From: Antedon mediterranea
Lineage: Eukaryota > Animalia > Echinodermata
Direction: 5' to 3'
DNA length: 64,000 nucleotides
Assembly: GCF_964355755.1 (NCBI RefSeq)
Contig: NC_092670.1
Location: forward strand, 10,278,795-10,342,794
Made by a program: the position numbers and the translations under genes. Below, one piece after another: positions 38,515 through 52,200 of the stretch (within the stretch, counting starts at the first letter, position 1; every line of letters begins with the position of its first letter). The notes below the pieces were generated by a model that saw only the letters and a program-made list of their open reading frames with translations, did no database searches and was not told the origin of the DNA.

Positions 38515-41500
38515 ATGTCAAGGGTATTGTTGATTGAGGCGTTCTATGCTGGCTCCCACTCTCAGTTGATCGACACTCTTGAGAAAGGCCTAGAAGGATG
38601 CGCTGTCAAATACACTTTGCCAGGGAAGAAGTGGCATTGGAGAGCACGGACATCAGCTCTATATTTTTCCGAAGTAATTTCACCTAGCCAAGAATACAGG
38701 TTAATAGTTGTGCATTATATTTTGACAGCAGAGGTCATAATCTTTATTTTTTTATCAATACCCTTTCTGTTGTGATAACAGAGGTGCCAACTTCAAAAAG
38801 TAAAAATCGAGGAAACAATTTTGAAGATACCCAAACAATAGAGGTTACCATAAAAGTTGGAAAATATTCATTGGAATATAATAGAGGGCGCTATTAAAAA
38901 CAATCATCAGCATTTGCATAATTAAAATAGTTATTAAAATAGTATTGTATTTACCCTATATGCTATATGTAAAAGTACACCAGATACTCGCCTACCTGGG
39001 AAATTCTTGCCCACTTGGAGCAAATCCAATGTATATATATATATCCCGTATCAATAATATAGTACTTGCTTATAATAGCCGTCTATATTGTCACCTTGGC
39101 AAAACTGCCCTGATTTCAGGTTTCTCCCAACCATCTGCGCATGCCCCAGACGTCCATATGTCATGCATACTAAATCAAGGCGCCCGTAGATGGTTGGTAT
39201 GTTCAGGTCATTCATTCATTGGCCAGCCCCCTGGGGTCGATACTACAATATTAAACAATGGATATGCCAGAGGTTACCGGACTCTGCAAACTAGGAAAAT
39301 TTGTTACTAAAATCCAGTTTTACCTATATTTAACAAACAAGCTACTAGTAGAGTAGTAGTAACCTAAATATTAAATCATTCATTTAGATGTTTTTTTCCA
39401 TGTAATAATAATAATCTGGAGAAATTGTCCTTATTAGCAGGAAGTAAGAGATGACTCAAAATATCGGGGAACTGTAATAAACAATATTATTATACAGATT
39501 ATTAAAGGTGTCCCACGCATTGATATTGTTGCACTGGACTATAGTCGTGCATTTGATTCCATTTCGCACTCTACAATGATTTCCAAACTGAAAAGAACCT
39601 ATGGAATTGGTGGTTCCATGTTGCCTTGGTTGGAATCATTTTTAACTGAACGTAAGCAACAAGTTGTTTTTAAAGGAAAGATGTCTGGCAAGAGTTGCGT
39701 AATATCAGGGGTTCCTCAGGGGTCTGTGCTTGGACCCCTGTTATTTAACATATATGTTAATGATCTACATATGCACCTACGTGCAAAACCATATCAATAT
39801 ACAGAGACGAAACTTGCATTGCTAAATGTATAATGACGGAGGAAGATAGTTTATCTCTGCAACAGGACATTGACACGATCTCCTGGTGGTCAGCACTTAA
39901 TTCACTTTCCATTAACCCTAATAAATGTAAAGTGCTGTCATTGTCCAGAAAACGAGATCCCGTTGTTCCATCTTGCATTCTAAATGGACATGAACTCGTG
40001 AACGTTAATGACATTACGTTACTTGGTGTGGTAATATCCCATAATTTGTCATGGGCACATCAGGTAGATAATGTAACTTTGAAATGCAATAGGATGTTAG
40101 GTTTTATACGATCAATTGCCACAGGTTGTTCTACATCTGTTTTACTTAAACTTTATAAATGTCTTGTTCTTCCCCATATTCAATATTGCTCCCCTGTTTG
40201 GTATCCTTATCGTCAATGTCATATTAATAAGATAGAGAAAATTCAAAGAAGGTCAAGTCGATTTATCCTTCATCAACGAATCTTAGATCAGCCATATTCT
40301 GACCGATTAACTAGACTGAATTTGATGACAGCTGAATCAAATTGAGATTATTTTACCGTTATTTTTGTTACAAATATATTGTATAAATTACAGAATAGTT
40401 TTATTTTAAATATGTTGACTATCAATTGTAGGCATTTGGATGTTCTAACTTTTAAACATCTTGCATCCAAAACTGATAGGAAAGCATTGTATCCCAACCA
40501 GATTTATTCGTTTGTGGAATTCACTACCGGTCAATATTAAAGACGCCTTTGTATGCGGAAGTTGGGTACAATTTAAAAACATGTTAATGGACCACTTTAA
40601 AAACACTATGCCTCTTTAATGTATATAATTATGGTATTAATATTACATATTTACATTGTTTTATGTTTTAATGTATGCTTTGAGTGCTGGTGTGGCACAC
40701 CTTATGGCGACAGTGGTCCTTTGACCTCTTTTGCCACTCCTTGGCACACTCAAAGTTTATGTATTGTTTTAATGTTGCTAAAATTAATAAAATAAAATTA
40801 TTAACTGTTCACTTTTCTTCCCTTAGAATTTTGTTTACCAGTTCAGTATTAAATTTAGCAGAGTTGGTAGCACTGCGACCTGATTTGTCTCGGCTGACCA
40901 AGATTGTTTACTTCCATGAAAACCAGCTGGTTTACCCTGTCCGAAAACAAAAAGACAGAGATTTTCAATATGGATATAATCAAATAATAACCTGGTACTG
41001 TATATTTATTGTTAGTTTTTAAATTTATAGTAGGGAATTGAGAAGGACAGCAGGGGTGGATCCACGATTTTGAAATATAGGGGTGGGGAGAGGGAGGCTC
41101 AGACACAAGCATTTGAGCGTTCGGTAAATACGACCCCTAGATAGTCAGAAATGGTACTCGCACACAAAATTTATGATAAAATGGCACCTCCCACTAATCT
41201 AGTTGGCCCGTTGCGGGAAGGACGTTTGTATCATGCGCAGAAAACAGCAAAACGATCATACTTTTTCTGGCTGGTAACACAGTGACGTAACATTTTTTGC
41301 ATATGTTGCGCATGTTCTGTGTGTAGGTAACTGCTGATTGTTTGATCGTACTTTACACAGTGTTGTGTTTTAATGGTAATTTTAAAGTTGTCATCCTGAA
41401 TACTTACAGACTATTCCCCTTGATTTTCAGAAAATCAATATATTGTTGACGTCGCAAATGCTTATTTCTGCAGTTATCTTTATCTCTCTTTATTTTGAAA

Positions 41501-44500
41501 AGTATTTTGCTCAGTCCATAATTTATTCTTCTATCTATGCCCAGATGAGGTCAATATTTATATGCAAAGGAAAACTTTATACTGTATAAAATTTATTTAA
41601 TGTTAATTTACATTTTTCTTTTAGTTTAACTGCTGACATTGTTTTATTCAACTCAAAATACAACATGGAATCTTTCTTGTCATCAATTGGGACATTTTTA
41701 AAACTTATGCCTGACTTCCGTCCTAAAGGCCTCGCTGAAAAGATACGACCAAAATCAAAAGTGTTGTATTTTCCAATAGAATTTCCAATAATGAATGATC
41801 CAATAGCAGATGTTATGGAAGGACTGACGTTAGCGGAACAGGCCAGTTCATTACATGGAAGTCAGGAGTTGTTTGAAAAATCCAAAGACAGGGCTATTAA
41901 ATCAGGTGTCACCGGAGAACAGACAGTTTATAGCTGCAGTTCAGTTTTATCACAATTGTCATCCCCATTAAAAATAGTATGGGCTCATAGATGGTACAGT
42001 CCTAGTGCATGTTTTGACTGCATCACTTATTTAGACTGCTATAATCATTTGAGTGCTATGCTTATTTAGTCTGCTATACTTATTGACACTGCTATACTTA
42101 TTTACAGTGCTGTACTTATTTGACTGCTGTACTTATTTGACTGCTATACTTATTTGACTGCTATACTTATTTACACTGCTGTACTTATTTACACTGCTAT
42201 ACATATTTACACTGCTATACTTATTGACACTGCTGTACTTATTTGACTGCTATACTTATTTGACTGCTATACTTATTTACTCTGCTGTACTTATTTACAC
42301 TGCTATATTTATTTACACTGCTGTACTTATTTGACTGCTATACTTATTTACTCTGCTGTACATATTTACACTGCTATACTTATTGACACTGCTATACTTA
42401 TTTACACTGCTGTACTTATTTACACTGCTATACTTATTGACACTGCTATACTTATTTACACTGCTATACTTATTGACACTGCTGTACTTATTTACACTGC
42501 TGTACTTATTTACACTGCTGTACTTATTTACACTGCTGTACTTATTTACACTGCTATACTTATTGACACTGCTGTACTTATTTACACTGCTGTACTTATT
42601 TACACTGTCTGAATTTTTACTATTTTGTGCTTAGTTTACCTGGATTTTCACGCTGCTGCTCTAGCCCGCTACGTCCCATTAGGACTACTCAATCAGAAGC
42701 TAAAGCAAGCAGCAGTTATAGTTCTAAGGACAGACAGTTTTGTGAAAATGGAAACTCCACTATAATTTATTGATTCCAGCTGCTACAGTAGACCCAAAAA
42801 ACGTCTGGGAAAGAGTCTATTAGGACATGTCATGCTAAAATTACAAATCTCTAATAAGCATTTCTGGTATATTCACTGTCAGATCATTGAATTATTATCG
42901 AAACAGTCCATTAAAGTTTGTGTTTGTAATAGGATACTTCACAATTGAAATATCTAGGGTGATGAAGTGACCCCCAGATTTGACCTTAGCAATAAAATTA
43001 ACTAAAGTGACAGAAATTGAGTATTCACTTCTGTAACAAAAAAAATAATATTTATTCACATATAAAAAAAGAAAAGAAACCCAAAAACCATTGTCTGACA
43101 GACAATTTAAGTATTTGTTGCTTTAAATTACATTTTTTTCAGGTAAAATAACTATTATGTGACAATAAAATGACACATTCAAAAACATTTAAAATAAAAA
43201 ATATTTTTCAATAAGCGAGCAGCGTTTTTTGTAAGAAATATTTCTTGTTTAGTAGTGGTACTTATTCACATTTTTTTCCTTCTGTAGGGAACACGACAAG
43301 AATCCTGACCTTTTTTTTAGAACACTTTATAAACTTCTAGATAGTGGGGAAGACTTCAGGATTTCTGTTCTTGGGGAACATTACTCAGAAATTCCAGGTA
43401 ATTATAAAGTCAGTAGAGGGCAGTGATAAAAAATATTGTCTGCGATTTAAAGGGGGATTCTGGGTTTAAAATTGCTTTTAAATATCGTTTATTTATTAAA
43501 TAAAAAATATTATAACAATATAGACATGTCAGAATGAAGAAGTAATAACGAGAAATTAAAAAAATTAAATTTCATATACATTTTAGGGTAAATTCATGGA
43601 AAGTCTGTTTTTCAGCAGCTTAGGGAAGTTCATTAATATTCATGAGATATTCACAAAATCACGTCATCAGTGGATTCCAAACTCGCGACGTCAAGCTTGT
43701 ACGTTGTGTTCTCTCTCCCCTGTCAAACGACGACCACTCGATCATTGTGAAATACATTTTTTGTAGATTTTCTAAGCTAGGCCTAAAGTGTAATAATAAC
43801 AGTAGTAGCATATATTTATTTGACATTTAATGAAATACAAAATTTAGTACAGATTACGGAGTCATAAATTATACTATTTTTATACCTCGAATAGTACAGA
43901 TCGTATATCGGCTTCACGTACTAGGCTAGGCCTGGATAAGCAAGCCTGCGAGCTACAGCGATTTTAATTGTTTTTGCTTATCCTTGCCTCCTTAGATTTT
44001 CACCTGTCTTGTTTTTGTTACCTTGTTTTAAATGTATTTCGATTTTAAAGGCTAAATAAAGAATGAATGAATGAATGAAGGCCTAGCCTAAATCATTTTA
44101 TTCATGGGTGAGAGCCATTTCTGACTAGGGATTCCATGCCACGATGGCTACGTTAAAACATTGGGGCCATCATTCATGGGCCTAGCTAGCCTATTACTAA
44201 ACGATTGGCCCATAAATAACAAAAGTCAGTGGAATCCAAACCCATCCTATCAACCAAACTCCTAAACAATCTAAACCTAAAACGTTCTACAAAAATCGGC
44301 TGTAAATATTGAGGCAAAACAAGGTCCGATCGCCGTCCGCACGTATGGTGTCCCGATCGTCTAATAAGTAGGCCTGAAATAGGCCTAGTTTACTCTCCAA
44401 AAAAGCGGATACTGCATCAAGCAAGTACACCGGTAGTAGGAAGGAGACCTAGCCTATCCGGCCCAGTTAAAAATTGAGCTAGCTAGTGTAGTAGACCCTA

Positions 44501-45714
44501 TGCGAATTGATACTACCAGGCCTTTTACTATAGGCTACACTTGTTAAAATTAGCAATACTGTACTCATGTTTACAAATATTCCAACTCTCTCATTCGAGC
44601 TATATTATCTATACCATTCCGGTAGGTCGAGTCGACCTTCAATCAAATACTGTACATCGTTCATGTTGTAATTTAGACGGGGTATACTCGACCCGACCAG
44701 TTTGGTATTGTATACTGTATCTGCTTATCACGTGACGATGCCAGGCATGGGCAGAGAGAGCACGTGTATCGTCGTCTCGCTCTCCTCGCTCAGCAGGAAT
44801 GTATACGTTACGCTTCATTGATTTTGAAGGCTTTCCCTAAGTCAGTGCGAAAATCGGCAAACGTAAAGTGCAAACTTATCTAATTTTTCACGGTTTTGAT
44901 GGATTTTCATAGAAAATTGACTTTATAAATGGGAAGACCGACTAAAATTACATCAGATAAGTATAATTTTACAAAAGTAATTGATATGGTTAATGATAAC
45001 GAGTCGTCGGAAGATTGACCATTTCACGAATTTCCTATTCTGTAACCACATTGTGATTTTGCCGTAGCTGCACTTGTAATCTGGCCTCATTTCACAGCCT
45101 TCGTTCTGCTTCACTGGGCGCTTATATAAATTGAAACTTTTACCGTTCAAGAGACAAACAAATATATTTTACATTTTTTACTATTCATTTTAAACCCGGA
45201 ACCCCCCTTTAAAAACATTAAATATCATTTATTTGTGCTGCCACTGTTTAACATTCCTAAAGAAGCTAGAATAAATTATGGTATTGTTCAAATTCGATAA
45301 AATCAGTAGAGGGCAGTGTTAAAAAATATTGTCTGCGATTTAAAAATATTATAAAATATATCATTTATTTGTACTGCCACTGTTTAACATTCCCAATAAA
45401 GCTAGAATAAATCATAGTATTGTTCAAATTTGATTGAATAGCGACTCTGTGTAGTACGGCGGAACAGCACTAGTCTCTGAATTACACATGTGCACTAGAG
45501 ATCAGATTGATACGCCCTCATCTTTCAGTATTTTAATTCACAAAGTGGGATCTACCTGTTTTTATATAGATATTTTCACTGAGGCTTATGAGAGTCTGAA
45601 AGATAATATAGTTCATTGGGGTTATCAGCAGTCAAAAGAGGACTACTATCAAGTATTGATAGAGGGCGATGTTGCTGTATCAACGGCCAAGCACGAGTTT
45701 TACGGTGTTGCAAT
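38515..45714 (+). CDS. GTDC1: GTDC1/QTMAN-like glycosyltransferase, coding exons 1-5 (copy B): 38515-38699, 40827-40994, 41625-41993, 43288-43397, 45570-45714
   Basis: [69 protein letters not shown]; all junctions GT-AG and in phase. Confidence 0.93.
39506..40796 (+). mobile_element. 5'-truncated, frameshifted CR1/L2-group LINE in GTDC1 intron 1
   Basis: [38 protein letters not shown] motifs; AATAA tail; candidate TSD ATTATTAA (39498-39505 / 40797-40804). Confidence 0.85.
42050..42608. repeat. 18-bp minisatellite (CTGCTRTACTTATTTACA), roughly 30 units
   Basis: Directly visible tandem array; some 17-bp variant units. Confidence 0.95.
43451..45208. mobile_element. Kolobok-like non-autonomous DNA transposon in GTDC1 intron 4
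   Basis: TTAA TSD; TIR AGGGGGATTCTGGGTTTAAAAT / AGGGGGGTTCCGGGTTTAAAAT; empty site in the adjacent tandem duplicate at ~45303-45390. Confidence 0.85.
43933..44079 (+). mobile_element. 3' end of a LINE/SINE with (GAAT)n tail; second copy on the minus strand at ~37275-37412
   Basis: TGGATAAGCAAGCCTG.GAGCTACAGCGATTTTAATT...AATAAAGAATGAATGAATGAA in both copies. Confidence 0.7.
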
Positions 45715-46399
45715 GTGAGTAGTTTTAATTATTGTTTAACAGTTCGATTAGGCCCTCTACAGACACAGAAGCCATGGTCCAGATGCCTATCATAAACAAC
45801 AGGAGCTGAAATGGACCAGTACATTGGGGTAACCCCCTAAACTCTACCGTAAGATGTTTTTTTTAATGTACACAAGGCCCATGGACTCCAGTTTTAAGTT
45901 TTTTCCAAGATGTCTTGTTGTAGCACCAGAATAATATTCAAGGAGAGCCTGGAACCTGTACTGATGTTATGGCTTTATTTTTTGGCGCCCCTAAACCAAA
46001 AGACAAGATCACCTAAAATTTAAGTATTTAAAGTTTACAATACTTGGTGTTGTATAATATGGAATAGCCACTCTCTAATTTCTTTGCGTTCACCATTATA
46101 GCTTTACTCCGATTATAAATTTTGAAATAGTTACTGGAAGCCTGATGTATATTTATTACGTCAGAATGTATAAACAAAATTTTCAAAAATTCTATCAACT
46201 AAAAGTTGAAGTAAATCACGTCTCTAGTCCATTCTCAGTTGCCACACTTGTGTTGTTTACTCTGAAATAACCGTTTAATAATCTCTTTGCTTTCTCATGT
46301 CCATTCTACAGTTATCACAGATTGATTAGTTTAGTCATACCCAGTATTGTTTTGGTTTTACAATTAATTGAGAATATACCTCATGCAAGTATTTAATTA

Positions 46400-47193
46400 G
46401 GCCCTGTTTCTGCTGCCAACTAAATACCGTATATTATACTGTATTTTTTGAATACCGTATATATACGGTATATTTTTGGCAGCAGAAACTACGCTCATAA
46501 AAAATATACCGTATTTTGTATACCGTATTTTCCCCACAAAATTTGTGGATAAAATATGGTATTTACAAATTTATACCGTATTTTTTGTACCCGTTTCTGC
46601 TGCCAATAAAAAATACCATTTTTAAGGTCAACATTCGTATTTTTATTTTCTGTCGCTGTCAGCTGTTTTACACACGTGTATATATATATTCGGCGAAAAT
46701 GTGGAGCGAAGACGTAACAGTTTTACTAAATAAATTTGTGTGGGGAAGCTAAAATGTCTGGCCAACTAAAAGGTAATAAAAGGGACAACCACATTTATAA
46801 AGACATTTCTAAAAAAATAAAGCAGGAGTATGGAATAGACTTGTCTCCAAAGCAAGTAAACTCAAAGGTGAAGAGCCTGCGAAAGCAGTACAACATTGCA
46901 AAATACAATAACTCGGGGAGGGAACGAATTAATTGTCCCCATTACGATGTTTTCTGTGCTCTCACAACATCTCTATCTCTAGGGCTAGGCTGTTGAAAGT
47001 GAGACGTAAAACTTCCTTTATTGCGACTTTTAATTATCGATCAAATAAATGAATGGCAATTTGGGTAAAAAAGATGAAATTTAACACGACCACCCAAGAA
47101 GTATTGTTAGCAGAAACGGGGTACTAAAAAATACGGTATAAAAAATACCGTTTTTTATACCGTATTTTGAGCAGTTGCAGCAGAAACAGGCCC
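46400..47193 (+). mobile_element. PIF/Harbinger deletion derivative retaining a Myb/SANT-like ORF fragment
   Basis: TTA TSD; TIR GG(C/G)CCTGTTTCTGCTGC; MWSED.T.LL.../NHIYKDISKKI...SPKQVNSKVKSLRKQY...CPHYD trihelix-like motif at 46699-46950. Confidence 0.82.
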
Positions 47194-47420
47194 TTAGAAT
47201 TATTTCAGTTTGTTTTATTTTTGCTCAGTTACTTTTGTCATTGAAACGTAGTAACATTCAATAAATATACAACATGGCATATGTTGATATTTAAGGTGCT
47301 GCAAGGTCCTAGGCATGAACTCCTAAAGATTGGTGTTCTCTTTATCACTGCCCTCTTGTAACCGTACTTTCTTTTGTTGCTATAGCAACTGATGCTTTTA
47401 TTAGAACATTTAGGGGTTAA

Positions 47421-47757
47421 AGATGTATTGTCCCCCTGAAAAAATAATTCTTAACAAAATTTTTATTGAATATGCCATTTTAATGTAACATAATAGTTAT
47501 CGACTTTGACAAAAAATTGGATTGAAAAAAAATGTATTTATCTGAAAAAAACTGTAATTTAAAGCAAAAAATGGCCAAATTGGCTGCCAGCCAGTGGGTT
47601 TTTGGTTGAATTTAACCATTTATTTAATCAATTTGTAGGTGAAAACATTTTTTTTTCTATATGGAACTGATTAACTTTTTTAAAACCACAAAATAACATA
47701 TTCAATGTCTGATTTAATTAACCTTTTTTTTTCATGTTTTTGGGGGACAATACATCT
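47421..47757. mobile_element. Kolobok-like MITE
   Basis: TTAA TSD; perfect TIR AGATGTATTGTCCCCC; absent from the paralogous sequence at ~18215-18230. Confidence 0.85.
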
Positions 47758-49217
47758 TTAATAGGTCAAACCCCTTTATGTTTTTTTTTGTTTTAGCTGA
47801 AAGTGATTTTTTACACTAATACATTCAAAGCTTTAGATTTAGATCTTAAATTTTGTTTGATACTTTCACTTTACCTTGGAAAATACATCAACATTCATCT
47901 TGTGTTTGCTTATGTCACTAATTTCTTAGATCAAAACCAATATAATAAGATATACGTAGCTACATGTACATTTTTATTTCATTTTTAATCAATTCAAAAC
48001 AAGATTCAATTTAAAAACTTCAGCAAACACCATTACAAATACTCCTAAAACTACTAGAATATAATTAATTAGAATATCATTAATTAAAATATAGGAAATA
48101 CTGATTTATGATTAGATATCAATTTGATTTTATTAATTAAAAAGCAATAATAATAATTCAATTCAATTCAAATTCAATTACTTTCACCTTTACCTTGGAA
48201 AATACATAAACATTCATCTTGTGTTTGCTTATGTCACTAATTTCTATAAAAACCAATATAATAAGATATATAATATGTAGGCCTACATTCATTGTAAGTT
48301 TTTTTTTCATTTCAAAACGAGATTCAATTTAAGAACTTCAGCAAATATTAGATTAAAACACTACTAATTATTAATGAAAATATAGGAAATACTGATTTAT
48401 GATTAGATATCAATTTGTTATTATTATATTAAAACAATAATAATGTTACTATTATGTATGTATTAGCATAGTTTTAAATAATAAAATAAGATTTTTTTAC
48501 AGAATGAATTGATTAAATTATTTGGTATTACTATAATATTTAAAAATGATTAATAATAAAACATCCATTGTTACTAACTAATAAAAAATTCCCAAAAAAA
48601 TAAATTACAGTTGATATGACAATATATTTTATTATTGATGTTATAAAATGTGGATTATTATAATAAATAATCATTTAATGATAAGGCAAAATTTTACTTA
48701 ATAATTAGTAGTTTATTTTTTAATTAATTTATATCCAATATTACTTTGCAAAATTCCAAAATAAAAGATTGAATGAATGAATTATAAAGAATATAACCAT
48801 TTAACACCAGATACACTTTTAATTAAATTAGTAAAACTAAAATAAATACCAATATTAATGATTTACTACAAGATTATAACACATCCAAGTCAGTAGTATC
48901 TTTTAATAATAATGGAATTTGATATTACTATGTAGTATTATATATGGGCATATATTTTTAACAATTCTGACAATACTATAATTATTATTTAATAAATTAT
49001 CGTAATCATAAACTTATGTACTGTATGTGATTAAATTAAGACACTGTATATTCAAATTAATTTTATTTCGTCATTATGTTATTAAACCAAGGTTTTATTA
49101 TTCATTTAAAATAATTAATGATTTTTGATCTCACTGCATCTTTAATAAAATCAATATTTGCCATTTTTTATTATGAGCCAAATTAAAGTCAAATTACTAA
49201 AGTTATAATTAATTTTC

Positions 49218-52200
49218 TTATGGTGCTCTTTTAACCATCATCACTGTCTTCTTGAGACTGGCACGATTATTATGGAAATGATACCAGCTGATGCCTTTAC
49301 TATCATCTGTACCTGGTGTAAGGTAAAGCCCATTCAGGTTTGAATCACCACACCTATTGTACCACCAACCACCTTTGTATAGCTCAGCACAGTTACCACT
49401 GTGCTTATCATTGTCTCTGTCTTTGGTTGTAAATTGTTCACCATTGTGTACTGCCAAAGAATCACCTAAACAAACAAAACATATCATCTTTAGTTTACTT
49501 CATACATGCAGTTTTTTTTAATACAATTGTTTTATTTAAACATGTACAAAATTAATATATGCTATGTAAAATGATGCATACCTAATGAGTGTTTTGATTA
49601 ATTTATGTTTTTTGAGATTCACATCCTGTTTTAGGGGATTTTTTATTTGTTTAAAATCAAAAAACTTTTTTTTTTTTCAAAAATAGTGTTCTTTTCTTCT
49701 TTTATTCTATAAATTATACAATATGGTTGATATATTTTACTATATTATAATTATAATTTGTTGCTCATTCAATGTTTGCTTATTATTTTACTTGTTTTCC
49801 TTTTAATGTATATGAACCATATTAATTCATATAATAATATTTATTCGATCATCAATGTAAAAATAACCAGGAATGAGAATAGGCTAAAGCCCAAACAGAT
49901 TCTGCACTCACTCCATACAACATAAACAGTTAAGATAAAACCATATACAAGAAAAATACAAATAAACTATACTATATTACATACAACATGAAATTATGAA
50001 AATATGATAAAATTGACATTAATAAAACATTAATATTATTTTTATATTTTAACTGAAATATACTTTCAATACAAATGTACTGATTTAAAAAAAACAATGG
50101 AAGCGAAAACTAATTTCCAAAGTGTTTAGTAACTACAACATTTAAAATAATAACATTTTTAAATGTTAAATTGAAATGTTGTTGTTAAATGTTGGAGCTA
50201 ATCCATTGAACATTTTGATATCATTTTTAGAATTGTTAGTTTGATTAATTAATTTTAATTGGTTGTGTATATAGTAGCTTTTCTTTAATATTGGTCCAAT
50301 TTCTTTCAGATTTGATATCATGTTGCCTTTTTATCTTTGGGTAGCATATTGTTAAGTTTAACCTAAATCAATTTCAAATTTCTGTTTTTCTTTTTCTATA
50401 TTTTTCACATAATACATGATTTGTAAATAAAACAAGGCCATACATGGCTGCGGTCACGTGCTCAAATTTGAGTTAGTGTTTACCGACCAACCGAGTGAGC
50501 TGTAGAGTCGCGTTTGCACATGACTAAAAATTAATTAATTATTAAACACAACTGTTTTTATAGCTAATATTATACAGTACCAAAGGAAAACTTCATTATA
50601 CCTGACCTACCGTAGTCAGTGCAGTGATGATGAGCTAGCGTTTTCAGTCGCTGTATTTTATGTACAAATCTTTATTTTTGCAGGTAAACCACCCACATCA
50701 TCACCCTTTCCTCACTGGCATGAGCGTCGTAAAGCCAGTAGAGGATAGGCCTACGGTGCATCACATGCCCTAAACGCAGAACAAGTTTGGTGGGTAGGGT
50801 AGGAACCGACTTAAAGTATGAATTTGGCTCTAAGAAACAATTGAAAACCATTAGGCCTACTAATTAAGTTGAGTTAGATAATTTACTATTTATTGACGAT
50901 TAAATCAAATTTATGATTTGCCCCGAATAGAGGTGGTTTTCGAACGAGCGTACCATCTAGTTTAAACTCAATTATATAGGTAGTCATAATTGGTTTGAAA
51001 ATTCAGTTTTTAATACTCTTAAAGTGATAAATGCAACAACAACAAAGTGCACAGTGTGTATTTTTAATGCAAGGTACAAAGGTGAGGCCTATAAAGAAAA
51101 ATAATACTTTTAATTCTTTGTTTACTTGAAATGTGTTTTTTAGTGTAAAAATTGATTGAATGTACTAACCTGCCGTTCCTGTGTATCCACTGATGTTCAA
51201 AGCATAGTTAGAGTCCTCAGTATCAATACGAAAGTGAGAATATCTTGCAAACTTCATGTCATCCAAGTGGTCAGTCATCTCTATTAGAAGCTCAAAACTG
51301 CCATCAGCTGTTAAACGGTTGATTTGTTCATTACCAAGCCAGAACTCTGTGTTCACATTTCCAAAACCCTCTTTGTATTCTGCCCAATTACGGTAGAAAT
51401 CAACTGATCCATCTTGTCTTCTCTGTATCACCTGATAATGAAAGGATAGTAATCTATACTCTACAGTCTTACTAAAACAGTGATGTCAAGCCCATCAACT
51501 TGAGTAAATAGAAGTAAATGAATTAAGAATCTGACCAGTAATATTACGATTAAGGTACGTCAATATTTTACAATTTAATTTTGATGTTCCTCATTTTCTA
51601 CAATTTGATTACACTCATTTTACAATAATTATGCAAGTTTTTGAACATTTAGTGTGATTGTTCTTGCATTATGTTTAGAACATAGTTTTGTTGTGACCTC
51701 CAGACAACACTTCAACAAATCGCTCTGCGTGTGCGCAGGTATAGTTATGTGTGGGTCGAGAACCCTATTTCTGAAAAGTAACGTTAGTAAAAAATGTGGA
51801 AGAATCATTAATTTCTGTTGAACAAAATGATAAATCTAAAGTTATGTTTTTAATAAAGCGAAATACTGTATTATTAGGAATTGTTCATTGCAATAAGCTA
51901 TTTATCCATATGCAAGTTTTAAACATTCCTAAACAACTGTTCGCTTAACTATGTTGTGTAAATGAGTAGAATGTTGATGTCATTCGTTAAAGTCTACATG
52001 CTCGTGCGAAAGCTCCTTATTTCATTCATGCCATCATCTGTAAGTCAACATCGCCCTCTATCTATTTTCAAGATGTAAGGAGTGCAGAGTGCGACGTCAT
52101 ATGTGAATGGAATCCCCTTTCCGTTTATTAATTATGAGAGATGCTTGTACAATGGCTTGAATATCGTAAATTTGAAAGTCCTTGTACTTCTGGAACGGAT

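Noticed and set aside
42050-42634. Minisatellite as a CRISPR array, or as coding ORFs (TAVLIY / TLLYLF repeats)
   Set aside because: No unique spacers, eukaryotic intron, no cas genes; the ORFs are by-products of the 18-bp period.
14865-45714. Trans-splicing or circular permutation as the primary explanation of GTDC1 exon order
   Set aside because: The duplicated intron-5 content on both sides makes tandem duplication much more parsimonious; kept only as an alternative.
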